Positions 11,090 through 24,274 of a DNA stretch of 64,000 nt are shown piece after piece. The stretch is from Basidiobolus meristosporus CBS 931.73. Taxonomy: Eukaryota > Fungi > Basidiobolomycota. The position numbers were made by a program, and so were the translations under genes. Each line of letters opens with the position of its first letter. The first letter of the stretch is position 1. Under the pieces are notes generated by a model. That model was not told the origin of the DNA, did not search any database, and saw only the letters and a list, made by a program, of their open reading frames with translations. The DNA lies in assembly GCA_002104905.1 (NCBI GenBank), contig MCFE01000444.1, forward strand, positions 1 through 64,000, read 5' to 3'.

Positions 11090-11800
11090 TCCAGAGAAAC
11101 CATGTCTATGACATGCTTCCAAGACCATCAAAAAGTGTGAATCCCACTTTTCCATCTAGCCAGTTCTCAAGTGAAATTCAGGGAATCTACTTGTGCTTCC
11201 AATCACTACCAGTTTCTCCAACACTCTCCCAACAGTCTATGGGTCTAGGCCACTGCTCTCCAGCATACCTACCACTGCTACCTGCTGGAATTTCTCCTTT
11301 GTCTGAAAAGTTGATTGGTTGACCTACCAAGTCTCAAATGCTAGAATGAAGAGGCCCTTGATATGTTGTTGTAGGGGGGGGGGAATGTCCTTCTGAAGAT
11401 GTAGGCAAAGCAGCTTTAAAACACCAGAATAAAGAGCCTAATGTCTTCAACTGCCTTAGCCTTGACATCAGACACAAACTGTTTACCATGGCTTAAGAGC
11501 AGGGATGGCAAAGACCTCCTAAAAGGTGCTGAAAGACATCTAGCAGTCATGTTCAGCCACCAAACAATCCCAACCCTGACAAAAACTCTGGGCCACAACA
11601 ATGCTGCAAGGAGACAAAATGAGAAGCCCAATCAACTGAATGATCCTGTTGGTTGATGAGATGAAATCAACTGGAGTGCAAACTGCTGAGAAAGTTCTGA
11701 TGGTTATTCTCATAAATAGTCTGGCAGATGAGTTACAGGGCTATGTATCACCTCTAAAGCCCAGCACAACAGACCTTGTGTTAAGTCACCTATATGAAAG
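11090..11800 (+). mobile_element. Degenerate Ty1/copia (CopB-related): LTR 3' half, PBS and gag remnant
   Basis: aatctacttgtgcttccaatcac...ctctcccaaca + gtctatgggtct matches the CopB LTR end and PBS at 54340-54400. The remnant frame LLVDEMKSTG...ILINSLADELQGYV...LSHLYER matches CopB gag. Confidence 0.7.
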
Positions 11801-11940
11801 GTGTGGTGAATAGTCACAGGGCAGGGGGTAAGGCAAGGGCTCATCAGGAAAGGAGCAAAGTCTGGTCTAACAAGGCAAGCCAGGGTACAAGGTAAACTTC
11901 TTGTTCAAGCCTAGGCTTATCAGATTAACAGGTACCTGAG
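11801..11940 (+). repeat. Orphan LTR-start-like fragment (family F), copy 1
   Basis: Aligns over ~135 bp with 56938-57078 (tgaatag.caca.ggcagg...ggaaagga...caaggcaag.cagg...ttcaag...ttatcaga). Confidence 0.55.
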
Positions 11941-13123
11941 GGGGATGGGACTGCATGGACTACTTGGTAATACTGCAACCAGGAGATGCTTGCTGATGCA
12001 CCCTATGAAAAATCAGTCTGATGACCTTGTCAAAAGACCATCACAAAGTTCAAATCCCATGACCAATAGTTAATGACACCATTAGGACACCATGCAAAAA
12101 CTGTTGGGAAAAATTGCACCTCAGATTTTGCAGAAAACTTGGTCACAATGTTTCATCACAACAGTCCTCAAGTTGCTTCTGATTGGTTCCCTGCCATTTT
12201 TCTCACTTTCTGATACCAGACACTCAATTGTCTTCTGAATGTGTGTACATTGATTGGCATTGCCTTTTTTTGCACCTCTTACTTATTGACTCAACTGATG
12301 CTCTTACTTTTGATGCATTCAAACTGGTTAATTTCTGATGAATCTTTGGGTGTTACTTGATTGTAAACTGGATGGATGTACACAAGTCCCCATACACAAT
12401 GCTGACATTGATCCATACCACATACCTAACAAGTAACTCTACTAAGACCCATCACTCACCATGTGTCTTAGCCTTGACATTCTTTGTGCATATCTTTGGC
12501 AGGAGCCCTGTGGCTTTCCCTATAGTAAGAATCTGTTCCCACAGGTGGATCCACTCCACATCAACCACAAGGGTTTTGCAATGAGGCTGCCCTAATGCCT
12601 GCAGCTTGATATTCTTGACCCTTCTTGTGATCCAATGGTTTGACTGAGACAATATTTTGCTGTTTTTACTGCCAAATATTGTGATAAATGTGACAGTGTT
12701 TTGGCAAGGTTTGCATGCCATTACAGTGATCCTAATGTGGTCTGCATGTATTTGTGCTGACCTAACTGGCCAATGAATGTGGTTGCCTTATATAGTAGAA
12801 GGTTTAACAGTGACTTGGCAACCTTTGTGCAGATCTCTTGTGGCATTGTCATGGCAGTATAATGGCCTACAGCCAGTCCTGTACAATGCTACCATACCAC
12901 TGTACCAAATTGTGTTTCACTTCTCTACCTCCCCTTGTGCCATTCATAGATTCTACTGCAGAATCATGCCTCTTTATTTGCTTACCCACTACTACCACAG
13001 ATATTTCATACTCATATTTTGAGTCAAAAAGTACTGTGGCCTCCTGCTTACTAACCTCTGCATATGCATACACCTGAGGCAATTGATAAACATCTATCAC
13101 CTCAACTTTATAACTCCTAAATA

Positions 13124-16100
13124 TCAATACTTTGGTAATAGGCTAGGCCAATCTGATTCATGCACCAAGTTGAGTTGTGCAACTTGATCTAATCTTGATA
13201 AGGCATCAGCAACCGTGTTGTTTTTTCCAGGACAGTAGACAATCTCCAGGTCAAATTGCTGAATGTATTCACTCCATCTTGTCATTCTTCTAGAGAGTAC
13301 CTTCTGAGTAAATATATACTTGAGGGAGGCATGATCAGTCTTCACAGTGCATTTGACTCCTTCAATATAGCATCTTCATGTCTTCAAACAGTGTACTATA
13401 GCAAGCATCTCCTTCTCATGGACTGGATAGTTTTGTACTGCTGAGTTCAGTTTCTTGGATTCAAAGGCAACAGGGTAGTCCTTTCCCTCATGTTCTTGGC
13501 TCAACACTCCACCAATTGCATAATCTGAAGCATCTGTGTAGAGAGTGAACTCTTTTCTGAAGTCTGGTATTCCTAAGCTTGGCAGCTTAGCAAGTTCATT
13601 CTTGAATGTCTGGAAGGCAGTCTCACAAGCTATGTCCCACTTGTAGGTATTGTCTTTCTTGAGGATATCAGTTAAAGGGGCTGCAATACTTGCAAAAGAC
13701 TTGACAAATCTCCAATAATAGGAAAACATTCCAAGGAATGATCTGAGTTCTGATATGCTATGGGGCTGCTTCAAATTCTTGATAACTTCAACCGTCTTAG
13801 GGTCTAAGGTCACTCCGGTGCTAGTCACTGTGTGTCCCAGGTAGTCAACGTGTTTCTTGAAGAATTTACACTTGGCTAGCTTGCCATATAGCTTGTTCTC
13901 TCTTAGTTTCTTCAAGACCTTTTCAATGTGCACCATGTGATCCTCTTCTGTCTTGCTGTATATCAATATGTCATCCAGATAGATTATCACAAGCTTGTCT
14001 AAGTACTCCTGAAAGATGGTCTGCATCAGCGTCATGAATGTTGCAGGGGCATTAGTGAGGCCAAAACTCATGACCAAGTACTTGTAATGTCCATATCTGG
14101 TCCTGAATGCTGTCTTAGGGATATCTTCTGGTTTCACCCTAATCTGGTTGTATCCTGACATGAGGTCAATCTTGCTGAAAATAGTGGCTCCATTAGGTTG
14201 GTCCAAAAGCTCATCAATCCAAGGTATGGGGTACTTATTCTTGACGGTAACTGAGTTCAGGGCTCTGTAATCAATGCACATCCTAAGTGTTCCATCCTTC
14301 TTTTTCTCAAAAAGCACTGGTGCTCCCCAGGGTGACTTGCTGGGCCTGATGTATCCTTGCTCCAATAGCTGATCAATTTGTCTCTTCATTTCCTCCAATT
14401 CCAATGGGCTCATTCTGCAAGGTGTCTTGCTCACTGGAGGGCTATCTCCAGTGTCAATGGCATGATCCACATCTCTGACTGGTAGTAGGCTTACAAGCTC
14501 ATCTGGAAACACATCTGAGTATTTCTTCAAGAGAGTCTGAACCTGCTGGGGTGCTGGGGTAGAGGAATCCTCCTGTAATACCGCCATGAGGAACATCTCA
14601 GTACCTTTTCTAAGTGCTCTACAGAACTGGGTCATGCTAAGTTCACTTGTCTCACACATACTGGAATTGACCAAGTTGAAATCCAGCCTGGCAGGTAATA
14701 GCTCATAGGTCTTGTTGTTCTTTTGGAGCTGAGTAGCATGGGTTCTCCAGTTGATTGATGGATTACAACAAAATAGCCAGGTTTTCCAAGTACAAGGTCA
14801 AACTTGCAGTTCCCAAATATATAAGCCTGTAGGTCTTCTTCATAGTCATTGATCTTCATTCTTACTGGCTGAGTAATACGGTTGATTATGTGAGAGTTGC
14901 CATCAGTTGTTGAGACTGAAGTTTATTTGGTAGGTTCTGAGTTGATTCCAGCTTTCAGAGCAAATTGCTCTGACATGTACTCATGCAATGCTCCTGAGTC
15001 AATCATGATCTTGGCAGGTACTCCATTGATTACTCCATTCAGGTATAATAGCTTTCCTGAGTTTGAGGTCATGTGGGATAGGTATTCTTCTGTCATATGG
15101 AAGGTGAGTTCTGAGTCTTCTTCAAGCTCATCCTTCATGTTACTATGCTCCATGGCCTCAATACGGTTAAAGGTTCTTGATGGCTGGTGTCCATTTCTTC
15201 TCTGAGGGCAGTACTTTGCAATATGTCCTTGCTGGTAGCAATTGAAGCAAAGTCCTTTCTTCTTACATTCTTCCAAGGCAGGATTCTTCTGCATAGCATC
15301 TATTTCCATTGGTACTGCTTCTGACTGTCTTCTTTCATAATGATTGTAACCTTTCTGATTAGTCACTGTAGGCTTCCCAACTCCAAACATAGCTGAGTCA
15401 TAGTCAATGGCAATCTTGATGGCTTCTTCAATAGTCTGAGGTCTTCAATAATTCACTTCCTTGCAAGTTCTTTCTTTTAACCTATCAATAAAGTATTCAA
15501 CTTGATCCAGGGGGTCCATTCTTTCAATTTGTCCAAGTAGACATCTGTACTCATAGATGTATTCTTGAATCATTCCTTTCTGTCTGAGTGTCTTTAACTT
15601 CCTTCTTAGTAGTGTCTGCTGGTGTGGAGGTTCAAAAGCATCCTGAATTTCCAACACAAACTCATCCCAGGTAGAGATAGTAGAGCATCCCATCATAGTG
15701 GCTGACCTGATCTTGTTGTGGTACCACTGTAAAGCTGCATCTGCCAGGTAAGAAGCTGCATAATGCAACTTGCTTTCTGGAGCAATTCCTTTAGCTTTGA
15801 AAGCTTCTTCAATCTGAAAGAGCCAAGTCCCCAGGTTTTCATTGACTCTGCCATGGTACCAGTTGACCTTCACACTAAAGTTGCTCTTGACAGGGCTTTG
15901 CTGGCTCTGAGCCATGGTAGTCATTCCTTGTTGCTGTTGGCTGAGGATCTGGAGTAAATGTTGCTGTTGGGCCAGGATTTGCTGCATGGCAATCTTCCAT
16001 TCTTGATTGTCCAACATCTTGAGGGTGGTTTCTTCTTTCTTCAGGAGGGAGGTTTCCGGTATTTGCTGCTACCAATGTTACAAGTCTTTGTATAAGAGTT

Positions 16101-16442
16101 GTAGAGGAATAGGGAGTTTAGCTAGTATTGTATTCACTAAAACTTGAACTGATTTTTATTGAGGTTCCAGCAGCTCCTTATATACATTTTGCCAGATCAA
16201 TTGCTGACTAATTGTATTTCCTAATGTAGGTTGTGGCTGATGACTCATTTGACTGCATCATCATCACCCAATAAGATCCTACTTAATATATCTATTTCTG
16301 TCTGATAAGGATCTGCTGATTCATTTGCTGACTAATGCTACTGATTTCATAGATAATACTGATATACTGATAACCTAAACATATACTAATTGATTTGACT
16401 AAAACTGATCTAACTTAAACATTCAAGCGGCAGATCATAATA
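13124..16442 (-). mobile_element. Ty3/gypsy G1 copy 1 (5' LTR, PBS, gag with CCHC, PR, RT, RNase H; integrase and 3' LTR lost)
   Basis: 5' LTR 16076-16442 and PBS TTGGTAGCAGC. Motifs: CFNCYQQGHIAKYC, MIDSGA, IYLDDILIYS, TDASDYAIGGVLSQ, VKTDHASL...NTVADALSR. Several stops and frameshifts. Confidence 0.93.
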
Positions 16443-16444
16443 TC

Positions 16445-17480
16445 CTGTTATCAAGGAATTTAATTACAAAGGTTTTCATAGGTGACACTACAACACTTGG
16501 TGCAGATTGAGAGGGAACTCTCCAAGCAAGCCTCAGAAGCAGCAAAGGAGCTACACACTTACCTTCAAAGAAGTACTCTATGTACCCAGAATAGTGAAGA
16601 ACCTGCCATCTTTCTGCAGGGCCACAGCAGAAGGACTCAGTTTCAGCTTTGATAATTCTGGATGTGGGATGGCAAATCAAGATGATGCTCATATTGTTTT
16701 GGGTATCAGAGATCAGAGTTTAAGCATGTTTACTTATATTCCGGCATATCTGGAAGCCAATTGTAGTAACTTAACCAATGGAATGCCAATGCTTTGGCAT
16801 GGGGATTTGAGCAGATCAAATAAGAATATACATGTAAAATCATCCAAGATCAGCCAATTTCCAGAGTGCCAATAGATTCTGCGGGTAATTTAAATCACTG
16901 CAAGGCCTGCATATAGGGGGAACAGACCAGATATACCACTCAAGAGCTTGGGGCTAATCAAACCAAAAAAAATCAGATCTAATTCACTTGGCACTGTGTG
17001 GATCTTTGCAAAAATGATCCCTTGCAGGATGAAGTATTTAATCACTCTAATTGCCATTTATACAAGATAAATATGGGTCCACTTCCTGGGGAGAAATGAA
17101 GAAGCCCTGCTTAGATCCAGGAGCTTATAGCAATGGTAGAGAGAGAAACTGGTGAAAAAATTAAGAAAATATGTTCGGACATTGGTGAAGAAAATACCTC
17201 AAACTCTTAAGCCACAACTGCAAAATTCATGGGATAAGGCAAGAAACTATAGAGACATATTACCCAAAGTAAGATCAAGTGTTACAATGTGCAAGCTGAG
17301 CAAAAATTGATATGGTAAGATCCATGCTCCATGATCAAAAATCATTCTATGACTTTTGGGGGGTGTCAGTTCCTACAACTGTATATACTAAAAATAGCAG
17401 TTATAGCAGAATAACCCATGATTCTACTGCATTTTAGGAATGGCATGAATATTTCTGCAATGCCAACATATGACTCCCAA
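16445..17480 (+). mobile_element. CopB fragment (protease to integrase), degenerate
   Basis: LTFKEVLYVPRIVKNL...ATAEGLSFSFDNSGC is homologous to 55190-56100. Confidence 0.8.
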
Positions 17481-18713
17481 TGCTTCCAGTGTACTCTAGG
17501 AAGAAGTTGCTACTGTAGGCCACTTGAATAAATACATGTCCACCTTGTGCAGTCCTTGCATTTGTGGCATTGCACATGAGCAAGATTACTGAATGGAGCT
17601 TGTGAGAAATACTTTAGGCAATAGATACTCAGTAATGACTTATTACTTTGCTGATATTTCTCCAGCATTTTAAAGTGCTCATCTAGCTTGAAATGCATCA
17701 TGTACAAATTGGTCATTAGCATAGAGATACTGTTGAAGAGCAAATGCATTGCTCTCAGTGAATAGCTTTTGCTCCTGCTGAATCTCTCTACCTTTTGCAT
17801 CTCAGGTTTTTGATTAATGCCATGTTCTAGTCAATGGCTTATTGCTTGCCAGCTTTAATGCAACTGCATGCTGCATTTTGCATGTTTGCTGCATGGGAAG
17901 ATGAAGTGCTTAGTGTTGGTATTTAGATAATAACAAGGTGTGTGAATTATGGAGTAAATACTCTGGATCTTACACATTTGACAGCAATACCATCCATTAT
18001 GCCCAGAAAAGCCAGTTATCTAGCTGATGGCTGGGATATCTCTAGTGCAGATAATATTATGCACTTTAACATGACAGCTATTCACTGCTATCCTGCCCAA
18101 TAGCATACAAAGCTCATCCAGCAATGCATATAGGTTGCATTTCAGGTTCAACAGTTATTGAGACCCAGATATCATTGAGACTATTAGATCCTTGCTCTGG
18201 TGCCATAAGATTGGCAGCAGATTTGAGGTTGAAGAGAATCATTGGCCAACAGAGTTTACTAACAGAGTAGCTATTCAGTGAGAGCCACAAAGTGCCAAGG
18301 CAAAGGCATAATAGTACATACCTTCAAAGTAGTACTTGCTTCTTGGTTGTTTTTGATGTTTGCCATCAAAAATTTTGGAAATGTGTGCACTTGATTCCAC
18401 TGGCCATGGTACTTTATAGCTCACAGTATCTGTTGGACTGCATGAACTTCCTCAAGCAGGGAGCTACTGGAATATATCTGGAGTGTGAGTAATGTTTTCT
18501 TCCTATGGTGGTGGATCCCTGAGAAGTTGAACTCCTGTATGATGGTTTTCCATTTGTGCTAAGTAAAGGGTAAGATGCATCCTGGAATGATTTTGGTAAG
18601 AAGCAGCAGTAAATTCTCAAAGCCCCTATTACTGATATTAGTGGAAGTACACCACTTCTGTAGCCACAACTTCCAGGCTACCACTCTGCTGGCCACATTC
18701 AGAAGGCTGAGGT

Positions 18714-19062
18714 TGTTGCAATATTCTGAGGAGTATTGGAAGTGATGTGGAGAACTAGAGGATTTACATATTATTCACTTGTAGATTTATTGATCAAAAG
18801 TATGGTATTTATACTTCTGATAGAGTCAAGAAAAGAAACATGCAAAGTTTGCTAAGGAAGGTCACAAGAGTATGTGCGCAAAGTTTGGGGTCTTTTGGAC
18901 AACTTTGAGAAAAATAATAATCTGCATACCTGACAATTTGGTGAAAATATTCTAAGTAAATCCCAACAAGAGATCTGGTCAGGACAGAATGCTAATCACA
19001 GTATAAGATCTATGTTACTAAGTTAGCATTAATATTCAGGTGACAACTCAATAATTACAACA
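18714..19062 (-). mobile_element. Solo LTR, CopB-related subfamily
   Basis: TGTTG...CAACA termini, flanked by the 5-bp TSD GAGGT on both sides; similar to LTR 42466-42813. Confidence 0.88.
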
Positions 19063-19321
19063 GAGGTGAGCTAAGCAGTGTTGCAATTCACCCACATTGG
19101 TCTGTGCAAGGTAACAAGTACAGCTGGGTACTATTATAGCAGTTTTAAGTGGCCAGCAAGATATTGCTGTCACAATAGTGAGTGATGTATGCTCAAATAT
19201 AACTTGTGTGACAAAACGCTGGCCATGCTCCTTGCAGCACATCATATGCTGCCCGCATGCTTCATGGCAGAGAGGCTTGCTACAATAGTCACATGGTGGC
19301 TTTTCCCTTCTCCAATGGAAT

Positions 19322-20400
19322 TGTAGAGGGGTCATAGTGACACCCAGTAGCAGATGTACCAATTCCCATATTTTTTGCTTCCATATTTTTCTAATACCCT
19401 TATTTAGTTTTGTCCCATATGATGAGTAAATCAAATAAGATGGCTAACTATGATATCTGCTTATTTATTGCATAGGTTATGCTACACTTCATATAAGATT
19501 GCTAGATGTAAGTACTTATATAATGAACCAATACCTGTGCCAGGACCTTTGACACATGATCAAACTGTGTTGCCATCCCTACCATTTTTATTCTATGTAT
19601 AGTGTCACTATGTTACACAGGTCTCTGACTACTGAATGCTGATTGATTGGATGTTCTGTGCCTCTAATAACCTTCTAACATCTACATTCCTGGTGCATTT
19701 TGATGCCATCAAGATTCTTACTGACTTCAAGACCTTGTGTAACACCATGATTAGTAATTACTCAGCCAGTGAAAGAAGTATGTGAGGGAGGCAATCCCTC
19801 AGCAGTAAATCATCATCCCGTTTATCAATATACCTACTTGTTGATCAGTGTGTGCAGTGCTACCTGCTGCTATCTGAACCCCCAATTCTAGACTATAGGA
19901 CACTCCCAGGAAACTGTGCTGACATCCAAATGACCTTGGAGGCACTACTTTTGAGGAATACTTACAGTAGTTATCCTTTATTAGACTTGATTCGTTCCAA
20001 AGTTTGTTCTTGCTCAGGCAAAAGTACTCTTCTGGCTTTATAAATATTGACTGCAGTCACATTCATATCAAGTTCCTGCTAGTGTAGTTCACAGTTGTTT
20101 TGACCTGGGAAGCTTCAGTACATTGTCATCCCAAAGGATGCTGAACCCAGCACATACTTTTGTTAGGATGCCAAATAAGTTAGCAACTACAGCTCAATAG
20201 TTCTCCCTTGAAAAGCTTATGGCCTTATGCCCCTTCATACTAGAATAGCAACAGAATCCAAGTGTTCCTAGGAAGCTTTTGCCAGAGGTTATCACATCCA
20301 GTGAGCACACCACACACAAAACACTTGAGAAGTGTTGTACATATTTCTCCCTATAGCTAATACACCACCACAGTGCTAAATCAGAGTAGACTGTCTCACA
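19322..20400 (+). mobile_element. ~1.1-kb solo LTR, family E, copy 1
   Basis: Starts TGTAGAGGGGT and ends TGTCTCACA. Homologous to 41650-42465 and, inverted, to 51543-52648, with the same start boundary in all three. The 52.1-kb copy shows TATATAA followed by AATAAA. Confidence 0.65.
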
Positions 20401-23400
20401 GGGCATAAGAACAGTTGGACAACGCCTTGTTCTAACATCCAGTGCAACAAGTAGTGTTACAATCAACAAAGGCCATGCTGACTGTATTTCCACTCAAGGT
20501 GAGAGCTCAGACTCCTCAAACTCTCTGTTAAGTAGGCAACTAAGAATTGCAATGGTGCTGCAAGCCCATCATAATGTGCAGGCCAATGAGAGTGAAGCAA
20601 ACTTAACACCTCTGGTAGAAGACCAGCAACTGATGGTCATAACATCACCACTACCAGTATCAGCAAGTATGTTGTTAGCTCCTATCAAAGCAAAAATGAG
20701 ACAATTAGCTACAGTGGCTGATAGGCAAGATGGGATGGCCTAGAGAAGTCAGAAAATAGTCCAAAGTCTGGAAGAGCTGCTAATACATGCAGCACAGTCA
20801 ATATCATATGTAGAAAGTGCAATATCTAGGAAGCAAAAATGGAACTCCAATAGCTCAGTTTCTCAGCCAAGAATTGAGCCAATTCACATTTATGCAGTAG
20901 GGGGACACCATACAGTCTTTGCAGCATACCTACAGTGCTCAAAGATAAAGCCCACAGAAAAACCTATAACAGCATTGGAAGGAGAGGCTGTGATCTCTAA
21001 CCCCAGCCTGAAAATCAAAAGACGTTGCAGATTGGTGAAGCTGCTGGGGGCAATGATAAAGAGTAGGCAAATATTCAAGAGGCTGTTGAGAGCCTAGCAC
21101 AACATCATCATAAGGCCATTATGTCATGAGATCATTAAGATCTCAAGGTCAAGTAGAATGCACTTGATATACTCCATGGGCATTTTACTGGACTTAATCA
21201 AGCAAATGGACTTTGGACCAGCAATAGTATACTAAAAGAGCATTTCAAGAATAGCTAAAACTATCAAAGGCAGAATAATAAGGGTGCCACAGTCAAAACC
21301 CAGCAGCTTCCTCAAGAACTTGTCATAGGCATAGCTGAAAGGTCCAAACAAGCAGCAAACAGCATCAGGCAACTAGAGAAGTGCTGGTAAGGGGCATTTG
21401 GGCAGAAAGAGATACATCAGTGCTGCATTTATCAAGGAAAGCACATAGTTCTACACAAGAAGCACTCATTGATAGTAGCAGTGAAGGTCCTGGCAGCAAT
21501 GTAAACCAGCAGCTTACTCAGGAGCCACTCACCAGCAGAGCTGGAGCCTTCAAGCTCAAGAGAAGCAAACACTATCAAAGACAGCAGAACAATGGTGCCA
21601 TGGTTCCAAACCAGTAGCTTGCTTAAGAGCATGTCTCAAGCAGGGCCAAAAATTCCAAACAAGCTGCAGGGAAACCTCAGGCTACCAGGAGAGTGCTTCC
21701 AATAGACAAGCAGACAAAAACAGATGCAACAGCGCAGCATTATTTAAGGAGAAAGCAAAGTACAATACAACAAGCACTCATTCAAAGTAGCGGTGAAAGA
21801 CTTGGCATTTATAATGATAAAGACAAAGGTAAAAAGAAAAAAGTCTACCCAAGCCTCAATCAGGGAAGCATGTGAAAAGAGCTGCTGTTCTCACCAAGGA
21901 ACACTGTTAGCCCAGAATAGGCTGAATCCAATCCTAGCCAAGAAGATTTACCAACAAGACAAATGCTATTTTGTAAAGAGTTGGAAGTGCAGCCAGTTAA
22001 GCTACACTCCAGTGAGGTAGATGTGCTTGCAGAGAAAAGCAGTTCATTTACCATAGCCTCTATATCTTCCATTTTAGACAGAGTGGAGATCTCACTGACA
22101 GACAATGCAATAATGTCAAGAACTCAAAAGACCATCACAATGCCTATAGTGGATTTATGGAACATCAATAGGCACACCAAGAGGTTGTATCATTGCTTCA
22201 AGAGCAGGCCCAATCCAAGCAGTGAGTCCAGAACAGACTGAATCCTATCATTGCCAAGAAAAATTGCCAACAAGAAAACAGTTGTGTTCATAAGAGTTGG
22301 AAGCACAGCCAGTTGCACTACACTCCAGTAAGGTAGTTGAGTCTGTAGAGAAAGGCAGTTTGTCCACCACAGCCTCTTTGTACTTCATTGTTGATAGATT
22401 GGAGATCTGACTGACAGACAAAGTAACAATGTCAAGAACTTAAGAGGTTATTGCAATGCCTTCAGTGGAGTTTTGGAACATTAATAGGCACACCAAGGGG
22501 TTGCAGCACTACTTCAAGAGCAGTGCACAAGAAAACACACATGGATATTGCAAGGATTCATTGCAAAGACTGGCCAATGAGGTGCCACACCTTGTGGCAC
22601 TGGCTGAAGACCAGGGTATATGGGAACCAGCAAATGAACAGTGACATAAAGCCACGGGGTTCCTGCCAAAGTCATAAAAAGGGCATTACAACAGAAATAC
22701 TTATTGAAGGATGGATTTTAATGAATCTAACTATCAAGTGTGGGACTGGGCTTAATGTTAGTGAGAGATATAGGGATTTGCATAGGTCAGTACAATTAGC
22801 AATTGAGGTTCAGCTCAAGTTTTAACAGAAATAATCAATCTTTATGCCTGAAAAGTAAGAGAATTAGTTGAGTCAGGAGGTTAGGAGTATGAAAAAGAGG
22901 CAATAGCAATCAATGCACTCAAACAAAGGAGATGACTGAGTGTCTGGGATCATAAAGTGATGTTATTTGTTGAGGACCAATCAAAAGCCACTTTGCTTAT
23001 TGCAATACAAAAATCTGACCAAGTTTTATGCAAAAACCAAGGTGTAATTATTTTTGTATAGTTATAGCACAGTGTATCTTCACAATCAATACTCTTAGTC
23101 ATGCAACCTTACTTTTGTGACATCCTTTTGACAGCACCGGTATTTCTAAACCAATATTGCACTCATTTCTTTATTTTGCTTTTTGCTATTGTAACACACA
23201 AGTGAAAGATCAAGAATTTCCACTTTGAATGACAAATGCTCCAGACCCTGACAAGCAATCCACCCAAGAATATTATTTCATACAGAACACGTAGTAGCCA
23301 ACGCATGTTTAGAATTACAGCTCATTTGAATCAGTACTTGAGGAGTTTTGACCCAAAGAGTCCAACTATTATATATACTATGCCTTATTGGTAGGATTAC

Positions 23401-23617
23401 TATGGTGACTTGGATTGCATGTAACTTTCAAACCAGCCAATCAAATCACGTGTATATTCTGACTTTGATCAGTACTACATCAGTAAAGAGACTGCAAAGC
23501 TCACAAGAATCCAATCTAAGTTCTACAAGAAACTACCGCTTTTCTGTTGGAAAAGTCCCGTCTAAGAAACCCCTTTGGGTTTAAGGGGAGGTCAGAACTT
23601 CCATATTAGGTAGTATT

Positions 23618-23986
23618 TGTTGCAATTTAAGAAGTGATTTGGATATAAGGAACTTATCAAGAAATAGTGATAATAGTTGAACTGTTGTTTATTCATAAAG
23701 AAGCTCAGTATTTATACCTTTGTAGAAGTAATACAGCTGCAACACTAAGTAGGGAGGGTTTCTCAATATTCAGGGGCATTCTGTAACAGTTTCAGGGTTA
23801 GTACATAATGTTTGGTAATAGTGCTAATTTGATCCTGACTATAGGGGAATAATCATAAGATCATATATCTGGAGAAAGTGGCAAAGTTAAGGCAGTAAAT
23901 GAGTCCTACAGTGACTAAGACTAGCCTAGAATTGTTAAGTAAATTTTTAGCTGCTGAATGATACCAAATAGTCCAATATTTCAACA
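23618..23986 (-). mobile_element. Solo LTR of CopA (369 bp)
   Basis: TGTTG...CAACA with TSD GTATT on both sides; about 5 differences by eye from the LTRs at 34238 and 37996. Confidence 0.95.
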
Positions 23987-24274
23987 GTATTTTCTCAGAA
24001 AGGAAAGTGACTTCCAAATAAGGAAAAGTTAATAAAAAGTAAATAAGCTCATTAGTAAACAGAAGGTCAGAATGCTACTGTAGAAGCAATAAACACTGCC
24101 TATAGTATATTTTGAGCCTAGGTTGAGGAAATTAGTGAAAGTTATATCTTCTATTGGTATATCAAACTCCCAATAAACTATTTCAGTATTAGCATACTGG
24201 AAATTGTTGTATAGTGTTGATTAGCCTCTACATTGTCAAATAAGCCCCAAACTAATCATAATACAACTCAACAC

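Larger units (their letters stand above)
17480..22850. repeat. Unclassified repeat family D, copy 1 (hosts two solo LTRs; internal ~310-bp and ~340-bp tandem duplications)
   Basis: 17650-18150 and ~20900-22800 match 38770-41650 in reverse complement. Tandem units occur at ~21240-21820 and ~21880-22570. No gag/pol, transposase or RT motif recognised. Confidence 0.7.

Noticed and set aside
12820-12900. GHYTA motif suggesting a ubiquitin-specific protease His box
   Set aside because: A five-residue match in a different frame from the neighbouring ORF, with no Cys box or other support.
16060-16200. Tf1-type self-priming of G1 (PBS pairing with GCTGCTGG after the LTR TATA box)
   Set aside because: Only 6-7 bp can pair; the tRNA-iMet 3' end explains the PBS better.
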